NCBI GenBank assembly: GCA_964057225.1
Contig: OZ059900.1
Span: forward strand, 22,010,001 to 22,074,000
Source: Auanema rhodensis
Taxonomy: Eukaryota > Animalia > Nematoda
Length of the DNA: 64,000 nt
Reading direction: 5' to 3'
Shown here: positions 55,301 through 64,000 of the stretch, piece by piece
Position numbering within the stretch: position 1 is the stretch's first letter
Layout of the letters: each line of letters starts with the position of its first letter
The notes under the pieces: model-generated
What the model was told of the DNA's origin: nothing
Database searches by the model: none
The model's input: the letters and a program-made list of their open reading frames with translations, nothing else
Program-made: the position numbers and the translations under genes

Positions 55301-58300
55301 AGTATGTAACACGCTGAAATTCGTTGCATTTGACGACTCATATGAACAAAAATCGATTTAATCAATATTAGCCATAAGGGGCGTGCCCTCAGAATATGCT
55401 AATTTCCTTAATTTTCTAACCCCTGTTTTTTTGTCGTGAAAGTGGAACTAGACGTTGTACGAACAATTTTGAGCTAGGTTTCATTGACATTGCATGAGTT
55501 TGAACACATGAAATCGTAAGTCAAAGCCTTGTTTACAGCGAAATTTCCAAAAACTGGTTTTCCAGCATAATAAAATATTTCTCATGGGAAATACTGTGTT
55601 TTTGTATTTTTCTAGTGTTCAGCATGTAAAATCCTTCATTTTAGTATGTAACACGCTGAAATTCGTTGCATTTGACAACTCATATGAACAAAAATCGATT
55701 TAATCAATATTAGCCATAATAAAATATTTCTCATGGGAAATACTGTGTTTTTGTATTTTTCTAGTGTTCAGCATGTAAAATGATTCATTTTAGTATGTAA
55801 CACGCTGAAATTCGTTGCATTTGACGACTCATATGAACAAAAATCGATTTAATCAATATTAGCCATAAGGGGCGTGCCCTCAGAATATGCTAATTTCCTT
55901 AATTTTCTAACCCCTGTTTTTTTGTCGTGAAAGTGGAACTAGACGTTGTACGAACAATTTTGAGCTAGGTTTCATTGACATTGCATGAGTTTGAACACAT
56001 GAAATCGTAAGTCAAAGCCTTGTTTACAGCGAAATTTCCAAAAACTGGTTTTCCAGCATAATAAAATATTTCTCATGGGAAATACTGTGTTTTTGTATTT
56101 TTCTAGTGTTCAGCATGTAAAATCCTTCATTTTAGTATGTAACACGCTGAAATTCGTTGCATTTGACAACTCATATGAACAAAAATCGATTTAATCAATA
56201 TTAGCCATAATAAAATATTTCTCATGGGAAATACTGTGTTTTTGTATTTTTCTAGTGTTCAGCATGTAAAATGATTCATTTTAGTATGTAACACGCTGAA
56301 ATTCGTTGCATTTGACGACTCATATGAACAAAAATCGATTTAATCAATATTAGCCATAAGGGGCGTGCCCTCAGAATATGCTAATTTCCTTAATTTTCTA
56401 ACCCCTGTTTTTTTGTCGTGAAAGTGGAACTAGACGTTGTACGAACAATTTTGAGCTAGGTTTCATTGACATTGCATGAGTTTGAACACATGAAATCGTA
56501 AGTCAAAGCCTTGTTTACAGCGAAATTTCCAAAAACTGGTTTTCCAGCATAATAAAATATTTCTCATGGGAAATACTGTGTTTTTGTATTTTTCTAGTGT
56601 TCAGCATGTAAAATCCTTCATTTTAGTATGTAACACGCTGAAATTCGTTGCATTTGACAACTCATATGAACAAAAATCGATTTAATCAATATTAGCCATA
56701 ATAAAATATTTCTCATGGGAAATACTGTGTTTTTGTATTTTTCTAGTGTTCAGCATGTAAAATGATTCATTTTAGTATGTAACACGCTGAAATTCGTTGC
56801 ATTTGACGACTCATATGAACAAAAATCGATTTAATCAATATTAGCCATAAGGGGCGTGCCCTCAGAATATGCTAATTTCCTTAATTTTCTAACCCCTGTT
56901 TTTTTGTCGTGAAAGTGGAACTAGACGTTGTACGAACAATTTTGAGCTAGGTTTCATTGACATTGCATGAGTTTGAACACATGAAATCGTAAGTCAAAAC
57001 CTTGTTTACAGCGAAATTTCCAAAAACTGGTTTTCCAGCATAATAAAATATTTCTCATGGGAAATACTGTGTTTTTGTATTTTTCTAGTGTTCAGCATGT
57101 AAAATGCTTCATTTTAGTATGTAACACGCTGAAATTCGTTGCATTTGACGACTCATATGAACAAAAATCGATTTAATCAATATTAGCCATAAGGGGCGTG
57201 CCCTCAGAATATGCTAATTTCCTTAATTTTCTAACCCCTGTTTTTTTGTCGTGAAAGTGGAACTAGACGTTGTACGAACAATTTTGAGCTAGGTTTCATT
57301 GACATTGCATGAGTTTGAACACATGAAATCGTAAGTCAAAGCCTTGTTTACAGCGAAATTTCCAAAAACTGGTTTTCCAGCATAATAAAATATTTCTCAT
57401 GGGAAATACTGTGTTTTTGTATTTTTCTAGTGTTCAGCATGTAAAATCCTTCATTTTAGTATGTAACACGCTGAAATTCGTTGCATTTGACAACTCATAT
57501 GAACAAAAATCGATTTAATCAATATTAGCCATAATAAAATATTTCTCATGGGAAATACTGTGTTTTTGTATTTTTCTAGTGTTCAGCATGTAAAATGATT
57601 CATTTTAGTATGTAACACGCTGAAATTCGTTGCATTTGACGACTCATATGAACAAAAATCGATTTAATCAATATTAGCCATAAGGGGCGTGCCCTCAGAA
57701 TATGCTAATTTCCTTAATTTTCTAACCCCTGTTTTTTTGTCGTGAAAGTGGAACTAGACGTTGTACGAACAATTTTGAGCTAGGTTTCATTGACATTGCA
57801 TGAGTTTGAACACATGAAATCGTAAGTCAAAACCTTGTTTACAGCGAAATTTCCAAAAACTGGTTTTCCAGCATAATAAAATATTTCTCATGGGAAATAC
57901 TGTGTTTTTGTATTTTTCTAGTGTTCAGCATGTAAAATGCTTCATTTTAGTATGTAACACGCTGAAATTCGTTGCATTTGACGACTCATATGAACAAAAA
58001 TCGATTTAATCAATATTAGCCATAAGGGGCGTGCCCTCAGAATATGCTAATTTCCTTAATTTTCTAACCCCTGTTTTTTTGTCGTGAAAGTGGAACTAGA
58101 CGTTGTACGAACAATTTTGAGCTAGGTTTCATTGACATTGCATGAGTTTGAACACATGAAATCGTAAGTCAAAACCTTGTTTACAGCGAAATTTCCAAAA
58201 ACTGGTTTTCCAGCATAATAAAATATTTCTCATGGGAAATACTGTGTTTTTGTATTTTTCTAGTGTTCAGCATGTAAAATGCTTCATTTTAGTATGTAAC

Positions 58301-61300
58301 ACGCTAAAATTCGTTGCATTTGACGACTCATATGAACAAAAATCGATTTAATCAATATTAGCCATAAGTGGCGTGCCCTCAGAATATGCTAATTTCCTTA
58401 ATTTTCTAACCCCTGTTTTTTTGTCGTGAAAGTGGAACTAGACGTTGTACGAACAATTTTGAGCTAGGTTTCATTGACATTGCATGAGTTTGAACACATG
58501 AAATCGTAAGTCAAAACCTTGTTTACAGCGAAATTTCCAAAAACTGGTTTTCCAGCATAATAAAATATTTCTCATGGGAAATACTGTGTTTTTGTATTTT
58601 TCTAGTGTTCAGCATGTAAAATGCTTCATTTTAGTATGTAACACGCTAAAATTCGTTGCATTTGACGACTCATATGAACAAAAATCGATTTAATCAATAT
58701 TAGCCATAAGGGGCGTGCCCTCAGAATATGCTAATTTCCTTAATTTTCTAACCCCTGTTTTTTTGTCGTGAAAGTGGAACTAGACGTTGTACGAACAATT
58801 TTGAGCTAGGTTTCATTGACATTGCATGAGTTTGAACACATGAAATCGTAAGTCAAAACCTTGTTTACAGCGAAATTTCCAAAAACTGGTTTTCCAGCAT
58901 AATAAAATATTTCTCATGGGAAATACTGTGTTTTTGTATTTTTTTAGTGTTCAGCATGTAAAATGCTTCATTTCAGTATGTAACACGCTGAAATTCGTTG
59001 CATTTGACGACTCATATGAACAAAAATCGATTTAATCAATATTAGCCATAAGGGGCGTGCCCTCAGAATATGCTAATTTCCTTAATTTTCTAACCCCTGT
59101 TTTTTTGTCGTGAAAGTGGAACTAGACGTTGTACGAACAATTTTGAGCAAGGTTTCATTGACATTGCATGAGTTTGAACACATGAAATCGTAAGTCAAAA
59201 CCTTGTTTACAGCGAAATTTCCAAAAACTGGTTTTCCAGCATAATAAAATATTTCTCATGGGAAATACTGTGTTTTTGTATTTTTCTAGTGTTCAGCATG
59301 TAAAATGCTTCATTTTAGTATGTAACACGCTGAAATTCGTTGCATTTGACGACTCATATGAACAAAAATCGATTTAATCAATATTAGACATAAGGGGCGT
59401 GCCCTCAGAATATGCTAATTTCCTTAATTTTCTAACCCCTGTTTTTTTGTCGTGAAAGTGGAACTAGACGTTGTACGAACAATTTTGAGCTAGGTTTCAT
59501 TGACATTGCATGAGTTTGAACACATGAAATCGTAAGTCAAAACCTTGTTTACAGCGAAATTTCCAAAAACTGGTTTTCCAGCATAATAAAATATTTCTCA
59601 TGGGAAATACTGTGTTTTTGTATTTTTCTAGTGTTCAGCATGTAAAATGCTTCATTTTAGTATGTAACACGCTGAAATTCGTTGCATTTGACAACTCATA
59701 TGAACAAAAATCGATTTAATCAATATTAGCCATAATAAAATATTTCTCATGGGAAATACTGTGTTTTTGTATTTTTCTAGTGTTCAGCATGTAAAATGAT
59801 TCATTTTAGTATGTAACACGCTGAAATTCGTTGCATTTGACGACTCATATGAACAAAAATCGATTTAATCAATATTAGCCATAAGGGGCGTGCCCTCAGA
59901 ATATGCTAATTTCCTTAATTTTCTAACCCCTGTTTTTTTGTCGTGAAAGTGGAACTAGACGTTGTACGAACAATTTTGAGCTAGGTTTCATTGACATTGC
60001 ATGAGTTTGAACACATGAAATCGTAAGTCAAAACCTTGTTTACAGCGAAATTTCCAAAAACTGGTTTTCCAGCATAATAAAATATTTCTCATGGGAAATA
60101 CTGTGTTTTTGTATTTTTCTAGTGTTCAGCATGTAAAATGCTTCATTTTAGTATGTAACACGCTGAAATTCGTTGCATTTGACGACTTATATGAACAAAA
60201 ATCGATTTAATCAATATTAGCCATAAGGGGCGTGCCCTCAGAATATGCTAATTTCCTTAATTTTCTAACCCCTGTTTTTTTGTCGTGAAAGTGGAACTAG
60301 ACGTTGTACGAACAATTTTGAGCTAGGTTTCATTGACATTGCATGAGTTTGAACACATGAAATCGTAAGTCAAAACCTTGTTTACAGCGAAATTTCCAAA
60401 AACTGGTTTTCCAGCATAATAAAATATTTCTCATGGGAAATACTGTGTTTTTGTATTTTTCTAGTGTTCAGCATGTAAAATGCTTCATTTTAGTATGTAA
60501 CACGCTGAAATTCGTTGCATTTGACAACTCATATGAACAAAAATCGATTTAATCAATATTAGCCATAATAAAATATTTCTCATGGGAAATACTGTGTTTT
60601 TGTATTTTTCTAGTGTTCAGCATGTAAAATGATTCATTTTAGTATGTAACACGCTGAAATTCGTTGCATTTGACGACTCATATGAACAAAAATCGATTTA
60701 ATCAATATTAGACATAAGGGGCGTGCCCTCAGAATATGCTAATTTCCTTAATTTTCTAACCCCTGTTTTTTTGTCGTGAAAGTGGAACTAGACGTTGTAC
60801 GAACAATTTTGAGCTAGGTTTCATTGACATTGCATGAGTTTGAACACATGAAATCGTAAGTCAAAACCTTGTTTACAGCGAAATTTCCAAAAACTGGTTT
60901 TCCAGCATAATAAAATATTTCTCATGGGAAATACTGTGTTTTTGTATTTTTCTAGTGTTCAGCATGTAAAATGCTTCATTTTAGTATGTAACACGCTGAA
61001 ATTCGTTGCATTTGACGACTTATATGAACAAAAATCGATTTAATCAATATTAGCCATAAGGGGCGTGCCCTCAGAATATGCTAATTTCCTTAATTTTCTA
61101 ACCCCTGTTTTTTTGTCGTGAAAGTGGAACTAGACGTTGTACGAACAATTTTGAGCTAGGTTTCATTGACATTGCATGAGTTTGAACACATGAAATCGTA
61201 AGTCAAAACCTTGTTTACAGCGAAATTTCCAAAAACTGGTTTTCCAGCATAATAAAATATTTCTCATGGGAAATACTGTGTTTTTGTATTTTTCTAGTGT

Positions 61301-63641
61301 TCAGCATGTAAAATGCTTCATTTTAGTATGTAACACGCTGAAATTCGTTGCATTTGACGACTCATATGAACAAAAATCGATTTAATCAATATTAGCCATA
61401 AGGGGCGTGCCCTCAGAATATGCTAATTTCCTTAATTTTCTAACCCCTGTTTTTTTGTCGTGAAAGTGGAACTAGACGTTGTACGAACAATTTTGAGCTA
61501 AGTTTCATTGACATTGCATGAGTTTGAACACATGAAATCGTAAGTCAAAACCTTGTTTACAGCGAAATTTCCAAAAACTGGTTTTCCAGCATAATAAAAT
61601 ATTTCTCATGGGAAATACTGTGTTTTTGTATTTTTCTAGTGTTCAGCATGTAAAATGCTTCATTTTAGTATGTAACACGCTGAAATTCGTTGCATTTGAC
61701 GACTCATATGAACAAAAATCGATTTAATCAATATTAGCCATAAGGGGCGTGCCCTCAGAATATGCTAATTTCCTTAATTTTCTAACCTCTGTTTTTTTGT
61801 CGTGAAAGTGGAACTAAACGTTGTACGAACAATTTTGAGCTAGGTTTCATTGACATTGCATGAGTTTGAACACATGAAATCGTAAGTCAAAACCTTGTTT
61901 ACAGCGAAATTTCCAAAAACTGGTTTTCCAGCATAATAAAATATTTCTCATGGGAAATACTGTGTTTTTGTATTTTTCTAGTGTTCAGCATGTAAAATGC
62001 TTCATATTAGTATGTAACACGCTGAAATTCGTTGCATTTGACGACTCATATGAACAAAAATCGATTTAATCAATATTAGCCATAAGGGGCGTGCCCTCAG
62101 AATATGCTAATTTCCTTAATTTTCTAACCCCTGTTTTTTTGTCGTGAAAGTGGAACTAGACGTTGTACGAACAATTTTGAACTAAGTTTCATTGACATTG
62201 CATGAGTTTGAACACATGAAATCGTAAGTCAAAACCTTGTTTACAGCGAAATTTCCAAAAACTGGTTTTCCAGCATAATAAAATATTTCTCATGGGAAAT
62301 ACTGTGTTTTTGTTTTTTTCTAGTGTTCAGCATGTAAAATGCTTCATTTTAGTATGTAACACGCTGAAATTCGTTGCATTTGACGAATCATATGAACAAA
62401 AATCGATTTAATCAATATTAGCCATAAGGGGCGTGCCCTCAGAATATGCTAATTTCCTTAATTTTCTAACCCCTGTTTTTTTGTCGTGAAAGTGGAACTA
62501 GACGTTGTACGAACAATTTTGAGCTAGGTTTCATTGACATTGCATGAGTTTGAACACATGAAATCGTAAGTCAAAACCTTGTTTACAGCGAAATTTCCAA
62601 AAACTGGTTTTCCAGCATAATAAAATATTTCTCATGGGAAATACTGTGTTTTTGTATTTTTCTAGTGTTCAGCATGTAAAATGCTTCATATTAGTATGTA
62701 ACACGCTGAAATTCGTTGCATTTGACGACTCATATGAACAAAAATCGATTTAATCAATATTAGCCATAAGGGGCGTGCCCTCAGAATATGCTAATTTCCT
62801 TAATTTTCTAACCCCTGTTTTTTTGTCGTGAAAGTGGAACTAGACGTTGTACGAACAATTTTGAGCTAGGTTTCATTGACATTGCATGAGTTTGAACACA
62901 TGAAATCGTAAGTCAAAACCTTGTTTACAGCGAAATTTCCAAAAACTGGTTTTCCAGCATAATAAAATATTTCTCATGGGAAATACTGTGTTTTTGTTTT
63001 TTTCTAGTGTTCAGCATGTAAAATGCTTCATTTTAGTATGTAACACGCTGAAATTCGTTGCATTTGACGACTCATATGAACAAAAATCGATTTAATCAAT
63101 ATTAGCCATAAGGGGCGTGCCCTCAGAATATGCTAATTTCCTTAATTTTCTAACCTCTGTTTTTTTGTCGTGAAAGTGGAACTAAACGTTGTACGAACAA
63201 TTTTGAGCTAGGTTTCATTGACATTGCATGAGTTTGAACACATGAAATCGTAAGTCAAAACCTTGTTTACAGCGAAATTTCCAAAAACTGGTTTTCCAGC
63301 ATAATAAAATATTTCTCATGGGAAATACTGTGTTTTTGTATTTTTCTAGTGTTCAGCATGTAAAATGCTTCATATTAGTATGTAACACGCTGAAATTCGT
63401 TGCATTTGACGACTCATATGAACAAAAATCGATTTAATCAATATTAGCCATAAGGGGCGTGCCCTCAGAATATGCTAATTTCCTTAATTTTCTAACCCCT
63501 GTTTTTTTGTCGTGAAAGTGGAACTAGACGTTGTACGAACAATTTTGAGCTAAGTTTCATTGACATTGCATGAGTTTGAACACATGAAATCGTAAGTCAA
63601 AACCTTGTTTACAGCGAAATTTCCAAAAACTGGTTTTCCAG
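52384..63641 (+). repeat. Copy B (11258 bp) of the large tandem duplication; 491 bp shorter than copy A
   Basis: The marker offset drops from 11749 to 11258 between about 59.7 and 60.2 kb. Confidence 0.92.
55058..57021 (+). repeat. Four consecutive 491-bp variant units (duplicate of 43309-45272)
   Basis: Junctions at 55224, 55715, 56206 and 56697. Confidence 0.95.
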
Positions 63642-64000
63642 CATAATAAAATATTTCTCATGGGAAATACTGTGTTTTTGTTTTTTTCTAGTGTTCAGCA
63701 TGTAAAATGCTTCATTTTAGTATGTAACACGCTGAAATTCGTTGCATTTGACGAATCATATGAACAAAAATCGATTTAATCAATATTAGCCATAAGGGGC
63801 GTGCCCTCAGAATATGCTAATTTCCTTAATTTTCTAACCCCTGTTTTTTTGTCGTGAAAGTGGAACTAGACGTTGTACGAACAATTTTGAGCTAGGTTTC
63901 ATTGACATTGCATGAGTTTGAACACATGAAATCGTAAGTCAAAACCTTGTTTACAGCGAAATTTCCAAAAACTGGTTTTCCAGCATAATAAAATATTTCT
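61573..64000 (+). repeat. 1368-bp 4-monomer higher-order unit (also at about 50315-52383)
   Basis: AACCTCTG with ACTAAACG at 61788/63156 (and 50530/51898); GACGAATC at 62387/63755; TTCATATTAG every 684 bp. Confidence 0.88.

Larger units (their letters stand above)
1..64000 (+). repeat. Tandem satellite DNA array, 342-bp AT-rich monomer (about 168 units), running off both ends of the window
   Basis: AAAAACTGGTTTTCCAGCATAATAAAAT recurs at 1, 343, 685 and onward with a 342-bp period to the end of the window. Units differ by a handful of SNPs or a +/-1 change in a T-tract. I saw no non-satellite sequence. Confidence 0.99.

Noticed and set aside
1-64000. CRISPR array or other repeat-spacer system
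   Set aside because: There are no unique spacers; the entire period is repeated, and no associated genes are present.

Overview
The whole 64-kb window is one non-coding tandem satellite array, most likely eukaryotic (peri)centromeric or heterochromatic DNA. The monomer is 342 bp and about 66% A+T (hand count of the first unit). I estimate about 168 units, differing from one another by only a few substitutions. I found no genes, RNA genes, transposons or CRISPR arrays; the nine listed ORFs are single-SNP read-throughs of the repeat. Two fixed structural variants recur. (i) A 487-bp unit carries a 245-bp inverted copy of the satellite plus an 11-bp templated filler; there are 10 copies with identical junctions, all within 8.5-39.4 kb. 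(ii) A 491-bp unit carries an internal 149-bp duplication joined at a CATAA microhomology; I counted 34 junctions, locally in pure runs of 3-4. Diagnostic SNPs resolve nested higher-order or tandem duplications with periods of 1368, 1711, 2543, 5078, ~7.2-7.6 kb and 11749/11258 bp, plus older matches at 23.5 and 30.6 kb offsets. I cannot identify the organism or a named satellite family. All counts were made by eye.
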